Part shown: positions 40,480 to 52,197 of the stretch, piece by piece | How positions within the stretch are numbered: the stretch's first letter is position 1 | How the letters are laid out: each line of letters begins with the position of its first letter | From: Neovahlkampfia damariscottae | Taxonomy: Eukaryota | Reading direction: 5' to 3' | Length of the DNA: 64,000 bases | Assembly: GCA_016618085.1 (NCBI GenBank) | Contig: JABLTG010000116.1 | Coordinates: forward strand, 1 to 64,000 | Notes under the pieces: generated by a model | Seen by the model: the letters and a program-made list of their open reading frames with translations, nothing else | Database searches by the model: none | Told to the model about the DNA's origin: nothing | Translations under genes and position numbers: made by a program

Positions 40480-42999
40480 TTAATTAAATTCAATATCATC
40501 AATTTCTTTTGACATTTGATCTAATTCAAATTCCATTTCTTGATTTGATTTGCCAAAATCATCTCTAAAAATAACTTTGCCCATAACATCAAGTATAAAT
40601 CTTTGATAATCTGACATACCATATAAATCATTTTTAAATTCAATAAATTCTTCTTTTTCTTCTAATTCTTTTTCTAATTTTTTTTTTTTTTTTATTTCTT
40701 TTTTTGATTGTCTTGGAGATGTAATCTTTTCATCAAAATTAATTTGTCTTGGAGAACCAATTTCTAATTCTTTTTCTAAAGACATTTTTTGATGTTCAAT
40801 TGAAAATTTAAAAATCATTTCTAAATATAAATCAGATTTTAAAAATAATTGATATAATTTTGTAATATGAGGTTGAATATAATTTGAAATAATATCATCA
40901 AAATATTTAAAATTTGATTCATTTTTTGAACTTTCAATTAAATGTTTTATTTTTAAAGGTAAATCTAAATCAAAAATAGAAATTGGATTAAAGAATGTAT
41001 TTAAAATGAATGAAATATATAATTCTTTTTCTTCTTGTTTTGAAATAATTAAATCTTGTTTTTGATTTATAAAAATAATTAGTTCATAAAATAATAAAAA
41101 TGATAAAATATTTTGTTTTGCAGAAAATAAAATAAAATATGGATTCCATTGATCTTCTAAAATAATATCAATTAATTCAACTTGATTAAATGATGATGAT
41201 GTTTCATTAGATTCTTGTTGTGATTTTAAAAAATCAAAATTTAAAAAAAAATTTTTTTTTTTTTTCTTTTCTTGTATTTCTTGTAAAAAATCTTTTTTAA
41301 TTAAATTAACCATTTCTTTTTCATTTTCATTTTTTAAATTTAAATAATTAAATAAATTTTTTGATTTTTCAGGTTGAAATACCATTTCTAATAATTGTGC
41401 ATCAAAATCATCATATTCTTTTTGAATTAAAGATGATTCAATTTTAAAATTTTCATTAATAAAATAAATACCTAATAAATGATTCTTTGTTACATATCCA
41501 TTTGAACTTTCAGGTGTATAATCTTTTATATCTTTATATCCTTTAAATTCATTTATATTATCTATATTTTCATATTCTTTAAAATCAAATAATGATTTAA
41601 ATGTAATATCAGATATTCTTAATATTTTAGAATATTTTAATCTTGATTTAGTAAAATATCTTTCTCCAACTTCTTCTTCTTCCATATATACTATAACAGG
41701 TATTACATCTAATATTAATAATGATTCATGTGATTTATATATCTCTTCTAAAATATATTGTGTATGCATAGATCCTAAATATCTTAAGAATACTAATAAT
41801 ACTTTATGTCCTCTAACTAAAAATTGTCCAACACTTTCTCCACAATTTGTTATCATTTGTGCAAATTCTTTTCTTGCTATTTGTATTTCTTCTCCTTCTT
41901 TTGATACAACATATGTTTTTCTTCTAACTTCAATATTCTTTTCTTTTAATCCTTTTCTTAATCTCATTAATTCTTCATATTCTTCATTACTAATTTCTTC
42001 TTTTTCTTCTTCTTCTTCTTCTTCTTCTACTACTTGTTCAATATTAATACTAATATCATTATTAATATCATCTTTCATTTTCTTTTTTTTCTTTTTTCTT
42101 AATTTTATTAATTCTAAATATTCTTCTTCTGTAATAGTTTCTTCTTCATTAATTTCTTCAATATCTTTATTTTCAATTTCACTTTGTTTCTTTTTTATTT
42201 CTTTTCTAAGTTGTAATAAATTATCATATTCATCATTGGATAGATTCTTTGATTTTCTATTTTCACTTTTTACAATATTTTGTATTGCTGTTGATCTCTT
42301 TTTCCTTATCATTAATTCTTCTTGTTCTTCCTCCTGTACATTTATATTTTTTATTTTATTTTCCTTTATTTCAGTAGGTTCTTCACTAACCTCATTAACA
42401 GGTTTGATTTTAATATCATCTTCACTAACACTTTTTATATCTTCTTTCTTGTCTTCTTTTAAAATTGTTTCTTCTTTCATATTTTCTTCTTCTTTTTGTT
42501 TTGAAATAGTTTCTTGTTGTTGATTTACTTCTTCTTTTAAAACAACTTCTTTGATTTCCTCGTCATTGTTTGGTTTGTCTTGTTTTGTTTCCTCTTTTAA
42601 TTGTTCAGTTTCTATTTCTTCCTTTTTTTCATTCAATACATTTACATCATTTTCTTGTTTTTCACCTTCTTCTTTCTTTTCTTCTTTTTCATTTATGATT
42701 GGTTTCTTTAAACTTATTGAACCTGGTACAATTTGAACTTTTTTCTTTTTTTTTATTTTTTCTGGTTGCAATAAAGTCAAAGATTTAACACTTCTCCATC
42801 CACTTTTTACTTCATTTTCTGTGGAGACTGCAGGTGATAAGAGTGGTTTATTCTCTTGTCTTTCTTCAATAAAAGCAGGTGAAGATATTTGGTCTGGCAT
42901 AGGTGAACTATGATCACCTCTTGGTGATATTTTTACACCTCTAGTTTTCTTTCTTGAAAGTAATTTTGAGTTATACTCTTCATCTGTTAATTCTTCCAT
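40480..42999 (-). CDS. Acidic low-complexity protein with AhpC/TSA-like thioredoxin fold and RGS-like domain
   Basis: VLLVFLRYLGSMH; YFILFSAKQNILSFLLFY...LYQLFLKSDLY (RGS-like). Confidence 0.55.
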   Translation of the reverse strand: MEELTDEEYNSKLLSRKKTRGVKISPRGDHSSPMPDQISSPAFIEERQENKPLLSPAVSTENEVKSGWRSVKSLTLLQPEKIKKKKKVQIVPGSISLKKPIINEKEEKKEEGEKQENDVNVLNEKKEEIETEQLKEETKQDKPNNDEEIKEVVLKEEVNQQQETISKQKEEENMKEETILKEDKKEDIKSVSEDDIKIKPVNEVSEEPTEIKENKIKNINVQEEEQEELMIRKKRSTAIQNIVKSENRKSKNLSNDEYDNLLQLRKEIKKKQSEIENKDIEEINEEETITEEEYLELIKLRKKKKKKMKDDINNDISINIEQVVEEEEEEEEKEEISNEEYEELMRLRKGLKEKNIEVRRKTYVVSKEGEEIQIARKEFAQMITNCGESVGQFLVRGHKVLLVFLRYLGSMHTQYILEEIYKSHESLLILDVIPVIVYMEEEEVGERYFTKSRLKYSKILRISDITFKSLFDFKEYENIDNINEFKGYKDIKDYTPESSNGYVTKNHLLGIYFINENFKIESSLIQKEYDDFDAQLLEMVFQPEKSKNLFNYLNLKNENEKEMVNLIKKDFLQEIQEKKKKKNFFLNFDFLKSQQESNETSSSFNQVELIDIILEDQWNPYFILFSAKQNILSFLLFYELIIFINQKQDLIISKQEEKELYISFILNTFFNPISIFDLDLPLKIKHLIESSKNESNFKYFDDIISNYIQPHITKLYQLFLKSDLYLEMIFKFSIEHQKMSLEKELEIGSPRQINFDEKITSPRQSKKEIKKKKKLEKELEEKEEFIEFKNDLYGMSDYQRFILDVMGKVIFRDDFGKSNQEMEFELDQMSKEIDDIEFN

Positions 43000-43059
43000 T
43001 TCCAAAAGTTAATTTTGACCAATAAAAAAGAAGAAAAAAAAAGTGAAGTAATATTTTTT

Positions 43060-44276
43060 TTATTTCAAAATTTCTGAGAATTCACTTTTAATTTTTGGGA
43101 AATTATCTAAAATTTCTAAAAAAGTAGAATTAATTTTTGGTGAATAAGTCATGAATAGTATTGGATCGTCACTATCCATTCTTAAACAATTAACACCCAT
43201 AACTACAGATAAATTTCTTGTTGTCATCATATTTTTATTTGAATATTTTGAAATTTCAAATAATAAATCAAGTAATAAACCTAAACAATTTCTATTACAA
43301 GGTTTTAATTTTTGAAGACAAGATTTAATTGTTTTAATTTTAACATCTTCATCTTCAATATCTAATATAGCAATATAATCATTAAATAATTCGTATGGTA
43401 TAAGAGGTGTAGGTAAATCTCTTAAAAACTAATAAAAAATATTGAATATACTTTTCTTTTTACTTGTTTTAATAAAGATGTAGCAGTATGAACATCTTGA
43501 CATAAAGATAAATCAGCATCACCCAGACTATCAAATATGTATTGAATTTCAGACATATTTTCTGTTGTACCAGATAACCTAAATATACCTTCAATTAAAA
43601 TTCCTTCTTCTTTTATATATTCACATAATCTTCTATAAACTCTTGGTACTTTCTTTTCTTTTGGTCTTTTCATTATTTCTTCAAGTTCAACATTGAATAC
43701 TGGATACATATCTTGTAAGTCACTCTTTATTTGTTGTAAACTTTGTTTTAATAATTCTTCAGGTGTAGGTTTTTCTTCTACTTTTTTATTTTGTTTTTTT
43801 AAAGAAAGACTTCCAAAAATTGAAAAAGGTTTCTTTTTCTTTTTTTTATCATTTTCAATCTTTTCTCTTAAATCAAAACTTATTCTTTCATTTATTGTAT
43901 CACTTCTTTTTTTAGTAGGTACATTTAATGCTGATTGAAATTCATCTCCTAAAGTTGGTAAACTCTAAAAAAATAAATAACAAACATGTTTTATTTTTAC
44001 CTGTCGTATTTCTATATATAGAAGTTTAAAATAATAATAATAATTACCCATATATTGTAATTGTGATCTTCTTCTTCTTTCTTCAATTGTTGCTTCACCA
44101 CGTGTACTTGTTGTTGAACAGTTTTCCACTCCTGTTGTTTCAATAGTTCTTTCACTATTTCTTTTATTTCCAAAATCAACAGAAGAATCTTGAATTTGTG
44201 ATTTTCTCTTTTTTCCTTGATTTTCTTTCAATTTAGTTATAATTTGTTTTAAATTCTCAGAACCATCTTCAGTCAT
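43060..44276 (-). CDS. RhoGAP domain protein
   Basis: EGIFRLSG, LLKQFLRDLPTPL and NMMTTRNLSVVMG motifs. Confidence 0.9.
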
Positions 44277-44337
44277 TTGATGACACGTTTATTATTGGTT
44301 GTCCAATCAAAATTAACTATGAATCCATCAAAAAAAA

Positions 44338-45605
44338 TTATTCTTTATTTTTTTCAATGATTTCTTTTAATTCAATCATATAATTTTCAAATATTTTATC
44401 TTTTAATTCCATTCTAACAATATCTTTTATAATATCATTCTTTAAATTTTCTTTTTCTTTAAATTCATCACCTTCAAAAATTAAAGGACCATGTAAATCT
44501 CCATGTTGTTTATTATAACCTGGAAAATGTAATTCCGATAACATCAATCCTTCACCTGGTACCTATAATAATAATTATATATTAGATCAAACAAATTAGT
44601 CTTCTTACTCTTGGTACAAATTTAATATATTTTGGATCATGTATTTTTTCAATCTCTTCTTCTTCAAAATTCTTTGTCATTAAACAAATAACAAAACCAA
44701 TCATTTTTCTAATTTGATTAAATAAAAATGATTGACCAATAATCTAATAATTTTGAATATTTTTGATTGGAATTACTTACTGTTATTGATAAAAATTCAA
44801 TATTTTCTAATTCAAATTTCTTTTCAATTTTAAATGATGTAATATATCCTTTTTATTATTTTAATAAAATTGAATCAATTTACTTTTAAATTGTTCTAAT
44901 TTTTTATTTGGATCTGTAAACTTTGTAAAATTATGATAATTTTTTGTTCCTTCAAAATGTTTTAAATATTTTTCAATTTTTTCTTCTTTTTCTTTTGATA
45001 ATTTAAAATTATTAAATTTGAATTCATCATTAAAACAAAATGATGGTATTACATATTCATATTTTCTACCTTCACACATATTTTTTGGATTAAAAAATTT
45101 AGTAACTCTTTGTATTTTATAAACTCTATAAATAATTAAAATTTTGAACATTTTACCTAATATCATTTGGTAACTCTTTATTTAATCTTTCTAAACCATC
45201 TTTTTGTATTAACATTTTTAATGAAATTAAATTAATTAATGCATGTACTCCTTTATCTGTTCTTGATGATCTAGCCCATTTAACTTTATGATAATCATTG
45301 GAATTATCTTCTGAAATAGCACCTATTTTTATACCTTTTTTTTTTTTTTTAAATTTATATATTTTATTACATGCTTCTAATACAGATTTTTCAATAGTTT
45401 CTTGACCAGGATTTATTTGAATACCTTTATAATTAGATCCATTATATCCAATAACAAGTACTACTTTCTTTTTTGGTAATTTTTGTTTTTTTGTTTCTGA
45501 TTCTTCTTCATCATTTTTATCATCACTCTTTCTTTTTAAATCTTTCTTAACTTGTTCTTGTTTTATTTCTTCTTTTTGTTCTTCAACGTTTATTTCTTTT
45601 TGCAT
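44338..45605 (-). CDS. PUS1: tRNA pseudouridine synthase PUS1 (TruA family), 5 introns
   Basis: GYNGSNYKGIQ, SRTDKGVHA, FEGTKNYHNFT and GQSFYLNQIRKMIG motifs. Confidence 0.9.
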
Positions 45606-45639
45606 AATTTTTTTTGAATTGACCAATCAAAATTTGATA
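45606..45639. promoter_or_regulatory. 34-bp bidirectional promoter with a single CCAAT box
   Basis: GACCAATCA lies between the divergent ATGs at 45605(-) and 45640(+). Confidence 0.6.
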
Positions 45640-45868
45640 ATGTTTTTAAGAGCAGCAAGAACAATAAAAAAAGTGAACCAAAGATTCCACTCCAAAGCAT
45701 CAGAGGTAATTGAAAAAGTATATTGAATTGATTAAATAGCATTCATTGAACAAAGGAATACCACCAAAGTCAATGTATTTTCAACAAAAAAAATATTCAC
45801 TTTTATTTGATATGTTCGTAATCTTTGGTATTGCAGCAGTATACAAAGATTTATTTTCAGAAGAATAA
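45640..45868 (+). CDS. Putative 64-aa mitochondrial single-TM microprotein, intron 45706-45739 (not in ORF track)
   Basis: MFLRAARTIKKVNQRFHSKASE|HSLNKGIPPKSMYFQQKKYSLLFDMFVIFGIAAVYKDLFSEE; canonical GT-AG intron; stop within AATAAA. Confidence 0.7.
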
Positions 45869-45944
45869 AATTCTTTTTATTTTTTTTTTTTGTTTTAAAC
45901 CAATCGTTTTATTTTTTCTTTCAACAAAACCAAAAAATAAAAGA

Positions 45945-46625
45945 ATGGACTCAAGAAATGGAACAGCATTTAGAGGTGTATCAATAGGTCAAGATTCTAG
46001 ATTTTCAGATAAAATGAAAAAAACAATGAAAAATACAAAATTTCCAGATGAATTTAATATCAAACTTGATTTCAAAAAGATTCAAATGGGTCCAATTAAA
46101 AGTTGGATATCAAAAACAATTGAAGATATACTAGGTATTGAAGATGAAATTTTAATACAATATATTTTTGAATTACTTCAAGTAGAAAAAGTTGATCCAA
46201 GAGAAATTCAAATAAATTTGAATGGATTTTTGGATGAAAATGCTCCACTATTTGTTGAAGAATTATGGAAATTATTGGTAAGTGCAAATTCAAATTCTTT
46301 TGGTATTCCTCAACAATTTTTGGATAAAGAAAGAGATGCTCTTGAAAAAGAACAAAAAGATCATGAAAAGATTGAAGAAGAGATTAGAAAAAAATCAAAT
46401 TATGATGATGATAGAAATTATAGAAGATATTCACCTGAAAGAAGGAGAAGAAGTAGATCAAGAGAAAGACGACAATATTCACCTGATCGAAGAAGAAGAA
46501 GAAGATCATATAGTAGAAGTCCTGAAAGAAGTAGAAGAAGAAGAAGAATAAGAAGTGATTCATATTCACCAAGAAATGAAAGATCCACTTCTCCAAGAAA
46601 AAGAAGGTATTCACCAAAAAAATAA
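45945..46625 (+). CDS. PWI-domain SR splicing protein (SRRM1/SRm160-like)
   Basis: AFRGVSIGQDSRF, PWI domain (KSWISKTIEDILGIED...FVEELWKLL) and RS tail. Confidence 0.9.
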   Translation: MDSRNGTAFRGVSIGQDSRFSDKMKKTMKNTKFPDEFNIKLDFKKIQMGPIKSWISKTIEDILGIEDEILIQYIFELLQVEKVDPREIQINLNGFLDENAPLFVEELWKLLVSANSNSFGIPQQFLDKERDALEKEQKDHEKIEEEIRKKSNYDDDRNYRRYSPERRRRSRSRERRQYSPDRRRRRRSYSRSPERSRRRRRIRSDSYSPRNERSTSPRKRRYSPKK

Positions 46626-46661
46626 AAAATACTGTAAAAGTGATTTGAAAAAAAATAAATA

Positions 46662-47026
46662 TTAAAAATCTTTGTTGAATTTACATCCTGAAAATTCTGA
46701 ATCCCAACTATCTGTTACAATTAAAATCCAATCAATCAACCACCTTTGAAAAATTAAAAAAAAAAGAAGTGTGAAAACCATATCCATCCACAAAGACCAC
46801 AACTGAAAATTGATATGAGTAATTTACCAATACCTAAACCAATATATCCAGTATAAAATCTATCAATTCCTAAAGATCCAACAAGTATGGAAATTATAAA
46901 AACTGCTAATTTTGATTTTGGTTTTGTACAGTCAGGTGGATTTTGTTTGTTTTGTTTTGTCTCTGCATAACAAAAAGACAATAATGTAAGTGTGACAATT
47001 AAAATGAAAAGTATGTTGGTTTTCAT
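46662..47026 (-). CDS. TM2-domain protein, 1 intron
   Basis: Signal peptide; GSLGIDRFYTGY..LGIGKL; WIWWLIDWILI. Confidence 0.88.
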
Positions 47027-47105
47027 CTCAACAGTTACCAAAAATGAATTGTCCAATTATAAAATACTTTAAAAAAAAAAAGGAGAATAAAAAAAAAAAT
47101 AAAAT

Positions 47106-47887
47106 TTATTTTAATTTTTCATCGCACATTTCAGCAATTCTTTTGCTTCCAAGTAATTCAGCAACTTTCTTAATATCTGCTGCAGTATCTTTGTTAAGGT
47201 TTTTCATGATTAAACTTTCACATTCAACTTGTAAGTCATCAAGAACAAATTTATTTGATAAAATCCAAACACCAACAACATCATTTACATCAACATCAAA
47301 TTCTTTTGAATAAATGTATTTTAAGATTGCAAGGATTTGTGATTCAGTTGCGTCATCAAGTGTAACTTTTTTTGTTTTTGCTTCTTCAGTAGGAACTTCA
47401 CCGAGAAGAAGAGTGTAGAAATATTTACTTGCAGCACAAACAATACAAGCGTGACAAGTGACATCAACAGGTTTGTCACCACCAGCACAAACAAGAGTTA
47501 AATCAGATAAACTGTTATCTCCTGTACGAAGATTTTCATATGCCCATTTCATATTTTTCCACCAAGTTGATTCAGGGATTGTCACATTTTTTGATTTATC
47601 TAAATGGGAATCACAGATAGCAACAAGTCTGTCCATTTGGAAGTATTCAGCAGCTGCTTTAGTTTCTGTAATCACTGATTGATCTGTGTCTTTGTTCCAT
47701 CTTTAAAAAAAAAGTTTTTAACAAAATATTATGATTACCCCACTCTATCAGTATAAATGTACTCCATTACTTCTTTGAAAGCTCTTTCTGTAACTTTTTT
47801 TTTATCAAAAGTTACATCATAAGTGCCATCTTCATTTGTAGCAATTTTAGTTCCTGAAGTATCAATTTTGGAATAATCTTGGGACAT
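47106..47887 (-). CDS. Tandem BTB/POZ-domain protein; apparent 5'-UTR intron ending right before the ATG
   Basis: SDLTL...CHACIVCAASKYF and ILKYIYS; a second BTB-like segment FKEVMEYIYTD. Confidence 0.8.
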
Positions 47888-48122
47888 CTATAAACAAACC
47901 TTTAATTACTTCAATTCAAACTGGTTACCTCTTATTTGCAGTTTATCAATTGCTGATTGGATAAAATTACGCCAATTAAAATGTGTTCGAATTGATTTTT
48001 TCTAGAGCCAATCAAAAGATCAGAAAAACAGAAGGATTTTCAATTTTTTGGTTTATTTTCATTTTTCATCGAACAATTTCTAAATTTATCATTTTTCCTC
48101 CAATCAGTCACAATCATTTGTC

Positions 48123-49150
48123 ATGAATCGTTTTGTTTCAAAATTGAACAAGAAAAAAATTTTTTTTGGTAGTTTTATTTCTCTGACGTGTACGTCTGTT
48201 TATTTGGAAAATTATTATTTTGAACGTAATTTGAAATGTTTTTATTAAATACTTTTCTAAAATAGATGGGTAAAAATTAATTTGTTTAATCAAAAAAAAA
48301 AAAAGAATCATAGACTCAATTAAAAAAATATCAAATGGAAATCCTTATAAGAATTATATCAATTTGAATAGAGGAACATATTTAGATTTTGATGATAAAA
48401 GTTCTTGGATTTTAAAAATTCATTTAACTTTTTAAAAATAGGAATATTCATACCTGGAGAAAAACAAGTTTATAAAAATATATTCTAAAGTATTAGTTTT
48501 CATTAAATGTACCAAATAATATGATTACACCTGGATTAGAAATTGAAGAAGGAGATGATAATTCATTGAGATATGAAGGAATGATACATTTTAAAGATAT
48601 TTTGAATCAAAACTTAATTTGTAATTGGGAAAGAATAAATTTAGCATTAGAATTAAATAATCAATCAACTTATACACCTCTAAATGAAGTATTAAAAGGA
48701 ACAGTTTTTAGACATATTGAAAATTTAAAAAATAGAGTAGATGAAATACATATTCAAAGATTAGAATATATTTCAAAAGAATATAAATTATTAGATTCAA
48801 TTAAAAATAATGATGAAAAAGAAATTGAAAATTTAATTTGTTGTGTTACTAAAATACCTTCAACAGTAAGTACCAGTGATATCATCAATTTTTAAACCAA
48901 TTAGAAAAATTTATGGAGAGGTGATTTATTCTTTTTTAAATATCCTTATGTTATTCATTTAATGATAGATTATCCATTTTCAAAATTAAATGAAAATGAA
49001 AAAGAAAAAATAATTTCAAAATTTTCAAATGAAAAAGTAAAAATTAAAATTAAAGATATTTTAAAAAATGATAATTTAATGAATGATTCAAAAGATATAA
49101 GTTTAAAATTAAGAAATGATTTAATTGAAATTTATAAAAAGAGTTTTTAA
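48123..49150 (+). CDS. Hypothetical protein with basic N-terminus and TM segment, about 4 introns
   Basis: ORF pieces join through canonical tiny introns; no family recognised. Confidence 0.5.
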
Positions 49151-49158
49151 AAAAAATA

Positions 49159-49728
49159 TTATTTTTTAGTTGCATGTTTTTTTGTCCAATCTTTAGCATT
49201 TTTTGTGAATTGAGTTTTATTATTTTTATATACTTCTGCAATCTCTTCACTTAAAGGATGATCTGAATTTTGATCTTTGAATAATTGAGTAAGTGCAATA
49301 AGAACTATAAACTATTGTTAGTTTCTTTTTTTTGTCGTTACTTTCTCTAACTCCACTCATTGGTGACCATTCATCTTTTCTTAAAATATCTATACAGATT
49401 GATCCTTCACCATCATAACTTGGATGATATACAGGTTGAAGTGATTTTACTTTTGGTGGATGAAACTTTGATAAAAATTATTTATATTTTTATATTACTG
49501 GATATTCTTCAGGAAAATCAAAATTATATAAGAAATATCCTCCTTCATAAGGTGTTTTCTATTAAAAATAATTATTTTCTTTTTTTTTTTTATTACTTTT
49601 GGACCTATAATAGATACTTCCCATTTAAAAATGTTATCATTCAGAATAGTAATAGTTGTATCTGCTTCAGGACTTTTTTGAAGTTTCATCAATTCTTTTT
49701 GAAGTCTCTTTTGACCTTGACCTGACAT
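49159..49728 (-). CDS. Ubiquitin-conjugating enzyme E2, 3 introns
   Basis: KRLQKEL, GPKKTPYEGG, YPFHPPKV and YHPSYDGEGSICIDIL..WSP motifs. Confidence 0.92.
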
Positions 49729-49799
49729 TTGTTTGTTTTTGTTTTGTTTTTGTTTTGTTTGTTGTTGATTGGTTGAACTCAAAATTAAAAATAAATTTT

Positions 49800-50840
49800 A
49801 TTTTTTTTTCCAATTTTTCAAAATATTAAATATTTCATTATAACTCTTTCCATTTGTATCAATTAATAAAGAACCTTGTATTTTTTCATTTATTAAAATG
49901 GATTGTATTTGTTGTAAAAATAATTTATCTTTTGAAATTACAATGATATTCATTTTCTATAAAATAAGATGATATATAATTTACTTTTTTAAATATTTTA
50001 AATATTTTCACCATTGCTTCGTCTGCTGCTTGAGATGACCATCCACATGGACTATCAAAAAAGGTATTTAATATCTTTAAAGAGTTTGAATTACCTTAAT
50101 CTAAGACTATCATTTTTTAAAAAATGATTAAATATTGAATTCTTTGATAAACTCATATTTTTTTGATTATATTTATTTGATTGTAAATAATCAAATATAT
50201 CTTTTTCATTTTCATTTGATTTTGATCTATCTCTTAAACCACTACCTTATATAATTTGTTAATACATTTTGAGGTACCATGAAATAACCATAAAAAAGAT
50301 GATTTAAAATAATTCTTTCCTTCTATTGAAAATGTAAATTCTTTCAATCCAAAATTATCTAAATCTATTAAATATAAGTTTTGGCATTCTTTTAATTTTG
50401 GTATAACTAATCTTAATTCTAAAAATAGATTTAATTTTTTTTTTTGTTTTATCAAGATTACCACAATTCATACATCTACATTGAATTGGTAATGATGAAT
50501 ACCCTTCACTTCCCTTTTAATATTATTTAATATTTTCATTATTTACAAATCCATATAATTCAAATCCACCTCCTTCTTGATTCAATTTTATCTTATTTTC
50601 TCTAACACAAGACTGATTAAAATATATTCCTGATTCTTCTTTTTTTCTAAACATATCTTTGTTTTCTTTAATTTTCTCAACTTTTTCATCTTTCTTTTTC
50701 ATTCCTTTTATTGTTTTTTTGATATCAATATCCTTTTTTTTTGGTTTTAATTTTAATTCAAATTTATGATCACCATCAATCTCATTCAATAAGTTCACAT
50801 CTATTTTGTATTTTTTTTCACTTTTATTTTGTTTTTTCAT
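49800..50840 (-). CDS. Hypothetical protein with PIN/NYN-like acidic motifs
   Basis: Spliced product has LIDLDN, QAADEAM and VISKDKLF; start and end approximate. Confidence 0.45.
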
Positions 50841-50901
50841 TCCCTTCAAAAATTTATGTAAACAACTAGGTTGACCAATTAAATTCACTTCTTTTTCAAA
50901 C

Positions 50902-52188
50902 ATGTCCAAACTCTTATTTGATAAACGTTCGTCAATTTTTAATCAACTAACAACATATTTTTAGAAGGAATTGAAACTAGTAAAAAAGTAAAGGTTGTAA
51001 AATCATTTGATGAACTTGGTTTACAAGAGAATTTATTACGTGGTATTTACGCATATGGTTTTGAAAAACCAAGTGCAATTCAATCAAGAGCTATATTACC
51101 AATAACAAAAGGAAGAGATGTAATTGCTCAAAGTCAATCTGGTACTGGAAAAACTGCTACCTTTTGTATTTCCGCTCTTCAATCTTGTGATACAAAATTG
51201 AGAGAACCACAAGTTTTAATTCTTTCACCAACAAGAGAATTAGCACAACAAACTGAAAAAGTTGTTTTAAAATTAGGAGATTATATGGCTATTCAGAGTC
51301 ATTGTTGTATTGGAGGTAAAAGTATTGGTGAAGATATTAGAGTTTTAGAAAAAGGAGTACATATAGTTGCTGGTACACCTGGTAGAGTATTTGATATGAT
51401 AAAAAGGGGTAATTTGAAAACAAAACAAATGAAAATGTATTTTAAAAATTAAATTTTAATTTAAAAGGTTAATCATGGATGAAGCTGATGAACTTTTAAT
51501 TAAAGGATTTAAAGATCAAATATATGAAGTATATAGATATCTTCCACCTGGTACTCAAATTGTTGTAATTTCTGCTACCTTACCAAATGAAGTATTGGAA
51601 GTTGCAACACAATTAATGACTGATCCAATAAAGATACTTGTAAAAAGAGATGAAATTACATTAGAAGGAATTAAACAATTTTTCATTGCTGTTGAAAAAG
51701 AAGATTATAAATTTGAAACTTTATGTGATTTATATGATACATTAACAATCACTCAAGCTGTAATATTTTGTAATACAAAAAAGAAAGTTGATTGGTTAAC
51801 AAAATCAATGAGAGAATCAAATTTTACAGTTTCTTGTATGCATGGTGAAATGCCACAACAAGAACGTGAAGAAGTAATTTATTTAATTCTTTAAATTTAA
51901 TTCTAGATTATGAAAGAATTTAGATCAGGTGAAACAAGAGTTTTGATTACAACAGATGTAATGGCTCGTGGTATTGATGTACAACAAGTTTCATTGGTTA
52001 TTAATTATGATTTACCAAATAATAGAGAAAATTATATTCATAGAATTGGTAGATCAGGTAGATATGGTAGAAAAGGAGTTGCAATTAATTTTGTAACTGA
52101 AACAGATGTTGGTATTTTAAGAGATATTGAACAATATTATTCAACACAAATTGATGAAATGCCAATGAATGTATCAGAATTAGTTTAA
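50902..52188 (+). CDS. EIF4A3: DEAD-box helicase eIF4A-III, 3 introns
   Basis: [16 protein letters not shown] and [13 protein letters not shown] motifs; eIF4A3-type YRYLPP and [12 protein letters not shown]. Confidence 0.93.
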
Positions 52189-52197
52189 ATAGTATTT

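Noticed and set aside
42236..42736. Antisense Ser/Phe-rich ORFs (and similar shadow ORFs elsewhere)
   Set aside because: Reverse complements of Glu/Lys-rich coding sequence.
50230..50265. Internal AG|GT in a short intron (similar case at 47888-47928)
   Set aside because: The resulting halves (about 20+15 and 29+12 nt) are below the observed minimum intron size. This shows AGGT can occur by chance.
50901..50904. CATG palindrome as a shared start codon for eIF4A3 and the divergent gene
   Set aside because: The CCAAT box at ~50873 suggests the minus gene starts at 50840 instead.
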